This document shows, one piece after another, positions 12,370 to 24,120 of a stretch of DNA of 64,000 nucleotides. The notes below the pieces were generated by a model that did not search any database, was not told where the DNA came from, and saw nothing but the letters and a program-made list of their open reading frames with translations. The position numbers were made by a program, and so were the translations under genes. The DNA comes from Lama guanicoe (Eukaryota): assembly GCA_013239625.1 (NCBI GenBank), contig MU056000.1:12103175-12167174 (forward strand). The letters run 5' to 3'. How positions within the stretch are numbered: the first letter of the stretch is position 1; each line of letters starts with the position of its first letter.

Positions 12370-13230
12370 CTGGACCAGAAGGAGAGCGCGTGCCAATCGT
12401 AAGCAAAAAGGACAGAAAACAAGCAATGAAAATGCCCAGCACAGATCAACATTGAAAAAAAAAAAAAAAGACAAGCAACAGGCCAATTCATAACATTACA
12501 ATGGAGTGTGATCATCAGAAGAATTCAGAATTACAAAATACTGACTTTCGATGCTGAATGGTCAGTTGACTCGATACATAAGAGACACGCTTTAATCCTA
12601 AAACTCTGTATTCTAAGAACAACACTGCTGTTTAAGTGTACAATTTTAATCAAACCATACAAGAGTTAATTAATTCCCTTTCAGTTAACTACGCTAGAAA
12701 TATCTCGAGTCTTAGGAAGTTGAGTATTTAATGCACGGTCAACGGGAAGAAATAAAAGTAAACTATAAATAAATCCAGAAGCTGAAAAGAGCCAGCGGAA
12801 GCCCTTATAGGTTCCTCCCTTATAAGCAGAACAAGATGCAGCGTCCTGCAGTGGGACAGTGAAGCTACTGTCAGGCAAGTTCTCCAAAGTGCCCCTGGCG
12901 AGTCTAATTCCAGTTTAGGGTGGGTCTCATTTCTCAACATGCTGCAAAGCCAGAACAGACACAAAGTCTCCACTGAAAATGCCAGTTTTCTTAAGCTTTG
13001 GGCAAAATGCAGCTCAGCCTACAATAGGCACCAAGTTCCATTGACTAATGTGAATGCTTTTGGCAAGAGCAAGGGGCTTAAGACCATCTCGAAGAGCCTG
13101 ACTTTGGAATCCTGGCCCGGCCTACCGGGGCTGTCTTCATCCAAAGGATGGTGCAACAGGGGAGGGATGACAGACGACTTCCACCCCAGCGTGGGGGAGC
13201 CCGAGCCCCAGGAGGTCGGAGGGTACTCAC

Positions 13231-14079
13231 CGAGGACTGGGCCCCCTCGGAGCTGAACCGGTAGGCCCCCGAGCTGTTGTAGGTGCCCACGGAGCATCGG
13301 TAGTCTGGGGACCACTGGCTGCTGTAGGAGTTGGAGAAGGTCACGCTGCTGCCGGAGGTGATGGCCCCGTCCTCGTAGTCGTCCTGGTCGTAGTCGTAGT
13401 CGCCGTCTGGGGCGGGCAGGCCCCCGGGGTTCTGGGGCATGCAGTAGGTGGGCTCCCCGCCGGAGGAGCCGTGCTCCGAGGGGGCCAGCAGCACGGTGCT
13501 GTCGGCACTGGGGCTGGTGGGCACCACGGTGTCGTTCATGTAGGGGTCCTCCTCCGAGGACTCGTCGCTGGTCCGGATGCCACTCGTGCGCTGGTCCGAG
13601 TGGCCGTGCTCGCTGGGGTTGGGCGAGTCCTTGAAGGCGTCGTCGTCAGCCTCGAAGCCCTCGTCCACCTCCTCCTCAGGGTAGGGCTGGCTGAAGTTGA
13701 AGCTGGGCTTCCCCCCGGCCGCGCCCTCGGCTGCCGCCCCGCCGCCCACCGACAGCGAGCGCTCGATGTCGCGCACGCACTCGTCGATCTCGTCGAAGTT
13801 GAGCGACTCCAGGAACTCCTGGGCCGCGCGGCAGGCCTCGTCCTCCAGCCTCCGGAGCTCCTCGTCCCGCAGCTGCTGCAGCTTCTGCAGCGAGGCCTCG
13901 GTCAGGGACAGCTCCTGCCGCTCCTTCATGCGCTGCAGGTCCTCGATCTCCTTCTCCAGGCGCAGGATCTCTTCTACCTGCTTGTTCTCCTTCTGCTTCT
14001 CCAGCTCGTGGCTCAGCTCGGCCTTCCTCCGACTCTCCTGCAAGGCCTCCTGTTCTTGACGCCTCCTCGCTGCCTCCTC
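13231..14079 (-). CDS. MYO10: MYO10 exon 25 (end of SAH, antiparallel coiled coil, PEST region)
   Basis: atccag|GAG GAG GCA...TCC TCG|gtgagt; 849 nt; ORF 13078..14043 contains KQVEEILRLEKEIEDLQRMKE and the PEST motifs. Confidence 0.98.
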
Positions 14080-14159
14080 CTGGATGGAGAGGAAGGGCGA
14101 GGTCAGGAGGCATCAGGAGTGAGAGCAGAGGCAGCACCCCTCCTTTGTGATGTGATGTG

Positions 14160-14560
14160 GCCGTTCAGGGCCGAACTGCATTCCTCCCTCCCCTAGACTG
14201 ATATGTGGGAGCCCCAGTCCCCAGGACCCAGAATATGGCCGGATCTGGAGACAGGGCTTTAAAGAGGTTGGTTAAGTTCCATCAGGCCCTGAGGCAGGGC
14301 TCTGACCCAGTGTGACTGGTATCCTGTTAAAGGAGGGGCCTGAGACACACACACAAGGACACCGAGGAAGCACGTACACAGACGCAAGACCACATGAGGA
14401 CACAGCAAGGATCTGAAGGCTGAGTAGAGAGGCTCAGAAGACACCAACCCTGCCAACACTGATCTCAGACTTCCAGCCTGCAGAGCTGTGAGACAATTTC
14501 TATTGCTTAATTCACCCGGGCTGTGGTCCTGTGTTACAGCAGCCCAGGCAAACCAACACA
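14160..14560 (+). mobile_element. MLT1A/B-type MaLR solo LTR
   Basis: gtgactggtatcctgttaaaggagg...gacttccagcctgcagagctgtgagacaatttctattg...gttacagcagcccaggcaaaccaaca. Confidence 0.85.
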
Positions 14561-14682
14561 CTGGTTATGCTGGCTTAGAGAAATCACGCCCTCATGGTTC
14601 ACACTGAACTCTCAGGCATCCACACATTTTTACCCAAATGTAATGGGTTAGAAATTGCAGCATAAACATCTCCTCTAAAATT

Positions 14683-14772
14683 CTTCTTCCTGCATCTTTA
14701 TTTTAGTTTCGAATCCTTCTTCCTACATCTTTTTTTCAGTTTTGAATCCTTCTTCCCACGTCTTTTTTTTTT
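14683..14772. repeat. Imperfect 33 bp tandem repeat, about 2.7 copies
   Basis: cttcttcc...gaatc units starting at 14683, 14716 and 14749. Confidence 0.8.
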
Positions 14773-14844
14773 TGTTCTGAATACTTGAGTCAGAGTGTTT
14801 GGAGTGGGAAGGTAACAGACAGACAGGATCATGGTAATCCTCAC

Positions 14845-14890
14845 CTGTTGGGCGCGGAGCTCAGCTTCAATTCGTGCCCTCTCTCTTTCT
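14845..14890 (-). CDS. MYO10: MYO10 exon 24 (ERERARIEAELRAQQ), SAH
   Basis: tttttag|A GAA AGA...CAA CAG|gtgagg; 46 nt, phase 2 to 0. Confidence 0.96.
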
Positions 14891-15259
14891 CTAAAAATGG
14901 TCAAGAAAAAAGACAGTGAAAATAAACGAAAGTAATGAAAAAAAATCCTAGAACCACTTTTCAGAGAGCTAACTTTTTAACAAAATACAACTTTAAACAA
15001 AAGACAACTTAAAAAGCATGAAGGACAGCTGGAGTCTCTTCCTTCAGCGATATACTTATTCTGGGCATAAAGATATACACAGAACTGGGTTTTCAGCACT
15101 GCCAAGGAATTTTATCTGAGCCCCCAAGAGTTACTGTTTCAAACGGCAGGGTCTGCAGCAATCACTGGGAATTCCGGCTGCACGGCTGGTCGGGTACTGA
15201 GCATGAAACTCCAAAGGCGTCCTCCTGTCTGTTTCATCCAAGTAAGAAAGCTACCATAC

Positions 15260-15493
15260 CTTTCCTCCTCCTCGCGCTTCCTCTGCTCCTCCTCCTCCTG
15301 TTTCCTCTTTTCCTCCTCCGCACGTTTCTCCGCCAGCAGCTGTCTGTAAACTCTCCGGGCGATCTGACCTCGGAGTCGCTTCTGGAAAACCACGGCTGCT
15401 TTTTTCAGGTGCAAAAATCTCCTCCTCAGAAGGAACGCCCTGTAATTCTTCTGTATTATCACCACACAGTAAAGGACCTTCCTGTACTGCTTT
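15260..15493 (-). CDS. MYO10: MYO10 exon 23 (IQ2, IQ3, start of SAH)
   Basis: ctcag|A AAG CAG TAC...GAA AG|gtatgg; 234 nt; IQ motifs IQKNYRAFLLRR and FQKRLRGQIARR. Confidence 0.98.
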
Positions 15494-16355
15494 CTGAGAA
15501 TGAGAACAGAAACAGCGCAACAGAATAACTGGGGGGGTAACGAGGCTTCCTTTGAGCTCCCCAAATGAGTTTACGTTAACGCTACAAGACGAGAACAGGA
15601 CCTCGTTTGGGACTGAAACGCTCATTACAGAGACTCATTACAGCGAGCCCACAAGGAGGTCCTCTTGGGCAAAACAAAACAGAAGAAAAACAAAAGGGTA
15701 ACAACAACAAAACTAAAGCAAGACCCTATCATCATGTTGGCGAAATAAACACATCACCCCTAACGCTGACTTTGAAAAGTCTTGGCAGGAAGTTGGGCTG
15801 TAAACAGAACCAAGAGATTTGATATCTTCTCCTGTTTCTGAGGAGGACAAAAGAAAAGGATTCGCCACAGCAGAACGGCTTTGTACTTGAGAAAATGTAA
15901 CGTCCTGTAACATGTAGGGGTTTGGGGAGGGGGGCCCGCTGGTCCGCAGAGGTGGACAGAACTCACACGCACAAGAAAAGAGGCTGCCTCATTCAGCAAA
16001 CGCTGGACAGGGGACCGCTGTGGACCCAGTGGGACCACGCCAAAGTCAACGGGCAAGCTGCCTGTGGCTTCAATATACGACCAAGGGGAATGAGGTCAAC
16101 AATTTACGTATCCTGGTCCAGTCCCGATGTCGCTGCTCTAACTGGGTCACAAGGAGCCCCCTTTCCTACTTTCTGGCCAGGTCAAGCTAACTAGGCACTG
16201 GCAACGCTAATCAGGAGCACTGACCTGGGACTCTCCTTAGCCGGCTCCTGACCCTAGCCCATCCAGGTCCATTTTAAAGGGAAGCAAATGGCCGGGGGCC
16301 ACCTCACCCGGCGACACACACTGGGGAAGCCGCCTTCCCTCTGCAGGCTTCTTAC

Positions 16356-16462
16356 CGCGCCAAGTAGCCCAGGACGTGGGCCCGGATCACCATGGCTGCC
16401 CGCGTAACCTCCTCTTCCCGCTGCTTCTCCAGTCTCTGCTCCAAGGATTCTCGAAGGAAGAC
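16356..16462 (-). CDS. MYO10: MYO10 exon 22 (VFLRESLEQRLEKQREEEVTRAAMVIRAHVLGYLA-R), converter/IQ1
   Basis: gggcag|GTC TTC...GCG CG|gtaaga; 107 nt, phase 0 to 2. Confidence 0.97.
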
Positions 16463-19400
16463 CTGCCCAGGAGGAAGTGACATGTCACAACCAAAGGACA
16501 TGGCTGGTACAGGGATGGCTTCTCTGAGTCAGAGATCCCTGCTTGGGGACAAGGCTTTTTTCTCTCTCCAATTTGCTTCAAACACACTGGGCCATGCTGT
16601 CCAGCACAGGGAATCTCATATTCTTGATGGCAAAAGGATGTTTTCTTTTTGAACTTCCCATCTATCATTGACTAAGACCTTCGTAAAATACAGTAAAAAT
16701 ATATTATTGAAAGAAAAAAACCAAAAGGATATATAAAATAAAAGTTGCATTTTTTCCAGTTATTATTAGTTCAACAGGCATAAAATGTGAAACTGCTGTC
16801 AAAGTTTATAAACACTTATCTCATTATGGGTCAGGACAAATAGTTCAGTAAGTCTAAGTAACATATTCTATATTCAATATTCAATATTCTATATTGGGGG
16901 AAAAAAAAAGAAGAAAAGAAAGGGAGGGAAGGGAAAAAAAATCCAAGACATTTGTAAAACGTTGCTTTGCCAACACATGGAAACTCTCCCTTCATGCTTG
17001 TAAAGTGATTATGATCAAAGCATTTTGGCCTCAAAAATAATGCACATTAAAAAACTGACATTAAGAATGTGATTCTATAAACTGAAATTAGAACGGAATC
17101 ATTTAAGCTATGTCTCGGTTCAGCTACTGCAAGGAAACTGCAATTGGGACTAAATAGATTGTAGCTATTTGCTGGCTGGTTTCTGGCATGGGCTTCAGTC
17201 CTATGTTTGTCACTTGTATAAGGTAAGTGTGTCTGGTAACTGGCACTTTGTATCAGAACTCCTAATATTTGAAAAGGTATGAAAATATTGAGACCCTCCC
17301 TCAATCATGGTGGCTTTCAATTTTGTAATTGCCAATGTGATGCCTGCATAACTTTGAATTAGTCCTTACAAAAAAAAAAACAAAACCTAGTTTCAAATAT
17401 TTTTATGCTTTTCTATTAATGGTCAGTTGGAGGCACTAGCAGGGGGTTAAATGACACACTCCGTCACTCATGATTTCTTGATTTATGGCTCCTGTGAGTC
17501 ATTCTGGCCTATGATGATGCATTATGTTCTCTTGAGGGCACATTTTTCCAGACTCTCTGCTCTGTCTCTTGGGCAAAAAAGCAAATAAAGAATCTTAGCA
17601 CCATGTGACTCGCGGAAGCCTTACCTACTCCTCCTGTGGGTCCCTGACCATTTGTGAAACTCTCCCACAAATAATTCTCCTGGAAAAACTTTTCATACAA
17701 TGCTCTTTCTATAACTGCAATTAATATGCTCTGTTGATACATAAAGACACTGTATCTTTAGCAAAAAAAAAGAAAAAAGAAAAAAATTTAATGTAAAACA
17801 CAGAAGCTACAAGTGTAAAAACTTGTTTGTCCAAGAATGATAAAAAGTTTTCAGAAATATGAATCTCTACCAGAACCATGGAGCAGAAGCAATTTTCATC
17901 AAGACTAGACTTCAAAGAAGTATTTAAACTTCTCCTCGAGATGATTTTTTGGTATTAAGGATCTTACTCTAATGCTTTTTTGCTCTGGTTAGTGTTTAAA
18001 AGAAAAAGTAATGAAGTCAAATCTGGAATAAGAGTAGTGATGGTGGTGACAACACGAAACCAAGGTGTCGATTCTAATCAAAGTCTAAAGATGGTCTTGG
18101 TTGGACAGAATCAGAGAAATACCTGCTTTAGTTTCATGTCCACAAAGAGAGCTCTCTGCTCTGCTGTTAGATTTATTTCAGCTACTTTATGTAGATTCTC
18201 TTTCCGTAACCGGAAGGGCAGACCAATGGAGCAAAATGCTTCAGAGACCTTACTTGGCTCCATTAAAAACATCCACCGGAATTTATGCAGTGACACAGGG
18301 GAAGTGATGCCAGTTCTCCCAGCTCACTGGTGTCCCTTGCCATGCCCCCAGTGTTCCCAGGACGCAGCCAAGGTTGAGTCAGTGTGATCCAGCTGCTGTG
18401 AGTGGAGGGGCCGCCCTTGTCGGGCACCACCAAGCAGCTAGGAAAGGGCTGTGCCCACTCGGGGCTGCTCTACGGACCTGACTCAATATCCATCATGAAC
18501 AACCTGCTGTGACTTTTCCTCATCCTTTCCTTAGCTCGAGAGCCTATGGAGTATCCTAGTTAAGATGACTTTTTAGAACACCTCTGGCAGGCTTTGCTGT
18601 CCTAGAACAGAGGAAATGAGGTCTGGCAGAGCAGTCCAGGTGATGAGAAAAGTGGAATGTGCTGGAGTCAGGAGGCAAGGGACAAAGTGAAAACCAGGAA
18701 GAGAGGCGAGCGGCTGCTCACCTCCGTCACCCTAAAATCGGCTTCTCAGTGGGGAAATTCACCAGGACTTCCCACTAGGGCTGCTCTGGAGGCTCAAACG
18801 GGCCTCCTTGCTTCTTCCAGGGGTGCTTCCTCAGCAGATACGAATCCTTGCCTTCCAAGGACTAGATATGTTTTATTTAAGCCAGTGAACTCAGATCTGG
18901 CGCCACGTTTAACTTGCTGACTACAGTGCTGTCCCCATTCCCCCGCCTCCCGCCCCGCTACATGTGATGGAAACCTCTTTACCAGGAGATCCAGACACTC
19001 ATTAGAGGTTTAAGGTTTTAAATGCAAAGACCACCGGGCAGCAACACTGACCAAAACACTGCTAGCGAGTAACAAAGTCAAATGCTGGTCAAGGTCAAAG
19101 CACTTAGCGGACACAGTTCAAATGTTCCAATGTTGACATTTACTTTCTGATATTTCTGTGAAATGAAAACCTTCCCTCCTACTTCTACTTCCAACTTACC
19201 ACCAGTGAAAATTATTTCTTCTTTAAAGAGATTTCTTTTTCTTGAATACTTTTCTGATCATTTCTGTTCCAATTCACAGTGAGCTCTCTCCTGAGAACCT
19301 GTGTCCTTACTCCTTCAAGAGATTACACTGTATAATTTATCTGGTGTCCGGGATATCTTATCTCCCAGGAACTGAGTAAACCAAGGACAATCCCCACATG

Positions 19401-19769
19401 TTTATGTCTCTGTATCCCCCTGTGCCACACCCAGTTTCAAGCCTTGCTGGGGCCCGATTTCCATAATGTAAATTGTAAGTAAAGTTGGATTGATTCTTCA
19501 GAGCTCAGCAAAGAGACTGGTTGTTGGCTGGGTGAGTCGTAACGATCTCTGATGTTACTCCACTGTGTAAGGCAGTGAGACAGAAGGAGACTGTCAGTTT
19601 ACAGAGAATGCAGTATCTTTTCAATTAAAAAAAATCAGAGCAGCCTGTATTATACTGCCTAGAACTCCACTTGAGCCAACTTCTTTAGACAGTTTCCCTT
19701 GAGTGACTAAACAATGATCTTGTGCCATCCCCTTACAGTTTTTTTTAGCACTTAGCAGACATTGATTGG

Positions 19770-19890
19770 GCTCCTACTATGTGCACTGCGTAGAAGACTA
19801 AGCTCCTACTATGTGCACTGTGTAGAAGACTGAGCTCCACTATGTGCACTGTGTAGAAGACTGAGCTCCTATGTGCACTTGTGTAGAAGA
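19770..19890. repeat. Minisatellite, about 32 bp x 4
   Basis: Unit GCTCCTACTATGTGCACTGTGTAGAAGACTGA repeated with small indels. Confidence 0.95.
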
Positions 19891-20176
19891 ACCAACAGTT
19901 AACTCCACATTTTCTATGGGGCGACTGTAGACAAGTCACCAGGAGATGCCAAGATGGCAGGACAGAGTGTTAAGTGTTACAATGGGTGGAAAATAGGAAA
20001 ATAGAGATGACAGAGGAGGAGGCTTAACCCAGTGTGGGGGTGAGTTTTTGGGTGTGGGGTGCAATGCAGTATGTCAAAAAGGATTCCTGTCACAGTTTAT
20101 ATCTAAGCAGAGACCTGAAGGATGAGTTGGCTAAACTAGGAGCGGGGAGAATTCCAGGTTGAGAGGCCTATAAACC

Positions 20177-20722
20177 TGTGAGGACACAGCCCGAGGTGAC
20201 CCCCAGTGGGTTCCACCCTTGTTTAACCTACTAATGTGGGCTGAACCTATGAGTTCTTTCTTGGCCTCAGATCACGGCAAAGGCGATGAGCTGTCACTTC
20301 TGTGAATATGTGACATTACACAAGACTCCACCTTAGGAGACTGGAGCAAGAGATTCTCCTGCTGACATTGCAGAAGTGAACTGCCATGTTGTGGGAGGAC
20401 CCGGGAGGGAGTCATGTGGTAAGGAGTGTAGTGGAGAGTGGTCTCTAGAAGCTGCGAAAGGCAGTCAGCAAGAAAACAGGGACCTCAGTCCTACAACTAC
20501 AAAAAACTGGATTCTGGAGCCACACGAGCCTGGAGGAGAAGCCAGAGCTCCAGGAGGGAATGCAGCCCTGGCTGACACTGATTGCCAGGCTCTGGAGACT
20601 GTGGGGGACCAGCTAAGCTGTGCCTGGACCCCCGACCCATAGACACTATGAGATAATTAACATGTACCCTTAAGGCCGCAAAGTTCATGGTTGTTTGTTA
20701 CACAGCAATAGATAACTAATAC
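20177..20722 (+). mobile_element. MLT1E/F-type MaLR solo LTR
   Basis: gaagtgaactgccatgttgtg...cctcagtcctacaac...gtttgttacacagcaatagataactaataca 3' end. Confidence 0.82.
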
Positions 20723-20882
20723 AATAGCTCTGCAAGCCATCTCTACCCTATTAGACATTCATATATCAAATCCCTGGCCAGATGGAATCCTTCAAGAGCA
20801 GAAAAGTACGTCCATCATATACCCTCTCTTGCTGAGTGGCCCCCAGATGATGCCTCAATACTTGTCACTGATCACACACCAA

Positions 20883-21128
20883 TGTTATGGACTGAATGTT
20901 TTGCCCCTCCTCCCCCTTTCTTATGCTGCAGCCCTAACCTCCGATCTGATGGTATTTGGAAGTGGGGCCTTTAGGAAGTAATTAGGTTTAGATGTGGTCA
21001 GGAAGGTGGGGCCCCACAATGGGATTAGTGCCCCTATAAGAGGAGGAAGAGAGACCAGAGAAATAAACTTCTGTGTTTCAGCCACCCAGTCTGTGGCATT
21101 TTATCAGAGCAGCTCTACAATGAAGACA
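20883..21128 (+). mobile_element. Internally deleted MLT1A-type LTR
   Basis: tgttatggactgaatgtt...ggtatttggaagtggggcctttagg...gccacccagtctgtggcatttt. Confidence 0.8.
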
Positions 21129-22041
21129 CTCCGACTGCCAGTTACGAGTCTTTCTCCTTCCCTCCATTACTCGCTCCTTCCTTCCTTCCTTTCTTCCTTC
21201 CTTCCTTTTCTCTCTCTCTCTCTCTTTCTTTATTTCAACCAAAGAAACTCCTTGGTTAAAAACAACATAACTTGAGCAGAAACTTTAAGCTACTTCTCTG
21301 ATGCTGCATTGCTACTTGTAGGGTCAGGGGGAAGAGGCACAAGGAACATCTCTTACTTTCAACGACATCTGTACACTCACAGGCCAACCCCCCAGCTGCC
21401 TGCCTTTCTGCCTCTCCTGTGTGATAAGACACTGGAGGTGGCTGTGGAAACAAGTGTGGAACCCCAGATGAGGATTTTGGCAGCTCCTGATGTAGGGAGA
21501 AGAGATCATATGGCCAATTTTACTGATAATTTTGCTGTTGATGCCACCATTTAACTAAGGGGTCAAGGCCTCAGTCACAGCGGCATGTTCAAACGCTGGA
21601 TTTCCACTTGGCTTTCTGGACTGGACTTTGGGCAACCTATAGGATTTCAGACTACTTGCTAGTCTTCTACTCAGTACAGAGATGCAGGGACAACATGCAG
21701 CACTTGAATAATGTAAAAGGTCTGGGGTCTCACTTCTCAGATTCCAGAGGCTGCCCAGCTCCCCCAAGGCACTGAGCCACCCATCAGCCAACGATCTGTT
21801 GATTGACTGAATGAAGCACTTGGGATCCCATGCTTCCTCTGTCCCCAAGAAAGCAGAATCCTCAAGAGTCAAGGACTTCAAATAAAACATTAACTGTTGG
21901 GAGGACAAAGGATTATGGTGGTCACGACACCACAAGCATCTTCTCAATGTTAACAACTGGTGGGCAGTGATCACAGAACACTCAACTCTACTGTCTCCCA
22001 GGGAACTTGACAGCACACTTGTTCTTTCTCTAAAATTGTAC

Positions 22042-22156
22042 CTTCGTCTTCCCCAGCTGCCACTCGCTGTTGGAGGAGTCATAGAGCTGCAGAAGGGCCG
22101 TGCACTTCCCCCTGACGTCCTCGGGCAGGGCCACACTCCTCGTCAGCACCTTATAC
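22042..22156 (-). CDS. MYO10: MYO10 exon 21 (YKVLTRSVALPEDVRGKCTALLQLYDSSNSEWQLGKTK)
   Basis: ttgcag|G TAT AAG...ACG AAG|gtacaa; 115 nt, phase 2 to 0. Confidence 0.97.
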
Positions 22157-22248
22157 CTGCAACAGAAGGACGCCCGGCGTCACCTTTTGCCACAATTCCT
22201 TCCCCGATCCCTTTGCAATGGAAGAAGGCCTATGCAGCTCCATCTTGC

Positions 22249-22373
22249 CTTTTGTAAAAATCCTGAAAGGGTCTCCGGACCGCATACCCCGCTTTCCGGA
22301 TTCTCACCGTCTCCAGCATCCCCGAGTACCGCAGCTGGTTGACCACGACCGCCTGGTCAAACTGGTCGGGCAT
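22249..22373 (-). CDS. MYO10: MYO10 exon 20 ([42 protein letters not shown]); its first codon is the known headless-Myo10 initiator Met
   Basis: ttcag|ATG CCC GAC...AAA AG|gcaaga (GC donor); 125 nt, phase 0 to 2; myosin SH1/SH2 motif QLRYSGMLE. Confidence 0.97.
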
Positions 22374-24120
22374 CTGAAACACGCCAAGAGGTGAGAAGAC
22401 AAGGTTAACAGGACACCCTTACCACTGTTTTACACACACACACGTTTTGAACCTACACACAAATACAGAATAGAAAACCAACCTCATCCTGTGTACCCAT
22501 AGCCTGGCTTCAACAACCAGCAACAATCCTGCTCCATCCTCAAGCCCACTTGTTTCCTGCCCCTGGATTTTTTTGAGAGAAGTCCCAGATATCACACCAT
22601 CTCATTCATAAACATATCAGAATCATTTTTTTAATATAACCACAACACTATTATCATATCTTATAAGACACCAATAATTCCTTGCTATTAATAGCCAGGT
22701 TCAACTTTCTGACTATTTTACAAATATCATAAATGAACCATCACTTGTAATGCTATGTTTTCCAAAGAATCTGAAATGTCATACAAATATCACCTTATTT
22801 ACTTTTTAAACTTCAATTTCCAGGCATTTTTTTTAGCTGAAGAATGCAGTGACCCAGTGAGAGCTGGGGGAGGGGTTCTGCGCCAGGGGTGGGGGTGGGG
22901 TGGGGAGAGGAGGAGAGCTTGCAAGTGGAGAAAAGAGACAAAAATGAAAAAGAATTTTAATTTTCCCGATTTCCAGAAATTTGCTCCATACTCTGATCAT
23001 GAAATCAATCAATCCCAGAATATACAAATGCAAGCCAGAGGAAATCAAACCAAGACTTAACATTCTGAAACGTATTCTTTCTCTGTTCAGTTGCCAAACA
23101 AACTGGCATTACTAACAGGACAAGAGTCTTTTCGGAGTAAAGCCCCAAAGTAGGTCATTTCCCACTTGTGGCTTCTTGAGCAGTGATCTGTGTTTTTTCA
23201 ATCTGAACACCCCATTCTCTTTAGTTAATTTGTATTTTATGATCCTACACAACTGTGTATAAAACAACTGAAAAACAGCGCCCTAGGACATAAGTACATT
23301 TTTAAAACGTAGTTTAAATTTGAGAGCCTTAAAAACACAGTCATTAACACAAAAGCAAGCTGAAAGCCACGTTATTCTGCACTTTTTTTTTTCTTTAAGC
23401 AAAAGATGAATTTGAAGAACACTCTATAAATCTCCCTCACAATGTTTGATGGAAGAGCTACCACCATCTCCAGCAGGACGACTTCTCTCATATTTGATTT
23501 CTCCTATGAAACACTGTGGTCAAACTGTCTCTGCTCAGCAGTATACCACCCCGAATCTAGCCAATAAATTAGGGCAAATAGCCGAAGAATTGTGGCTCAC
23601 TGGTTTCTAGTCTTGATTATTTCAAATCTCCTTGGACAAGAAAGAAAAACAGAAAAGTATGGAAAAATTAGCCTTGGTTACTCTTCTATCTTATCTTTGG
23701 ATTAAAAAAAAGAAAACAGAAGCAACTGTTCTGAAGGTATTTGGTTAAAATGCTACTGTTAGATTTATTTGGGAATATAATCTGAACTACAGCAACCCAC
23801 AAAAGACTAGTAGAGAGAGAATATAAAAGAAATAGGGAATTAAGCATCAGACTTAGTTAATGTTGTTAAATTCATAATCAGAGAAACTTAACGCATTTCA
23901 CGTCTCATCATCTGATGCTCAAAGACCTTTTAAATAAAGCAAAAAACCTCTCCAAGTCTCTCAAACGTTCACCATTCCTGACCCCTGCTGTTTTCCCCTG
24001 CTCCTTTTCTTCCAGTCTCTATTTAACAAAGTTTGCACAATTCCTTAGCTTGGCACTGGTTATTAAAACACCCTAAAAAAATATTACGAAAGGGACACCC
24101 CCTCCAAAAAGTTCGGCCGC

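Noticed and set aside
13471..14196. 241 aa plus-strand ORF, and ORFs 13676..14137 and 13697..14059
   Set aside because: These are antisense or alternative-frame shadows of GC-rich exon 25, with no independent gene signals.
19770..19890. Repeat array superficially like CRISPR
   Set aside because: Head-to-tail units with no spacers, in a mammalian intron.
21555..22136. 193 aa minus-strand ORF
   Set aside because: Out-of-frame overlap with exon 21 running into the intron; non-ATG start.
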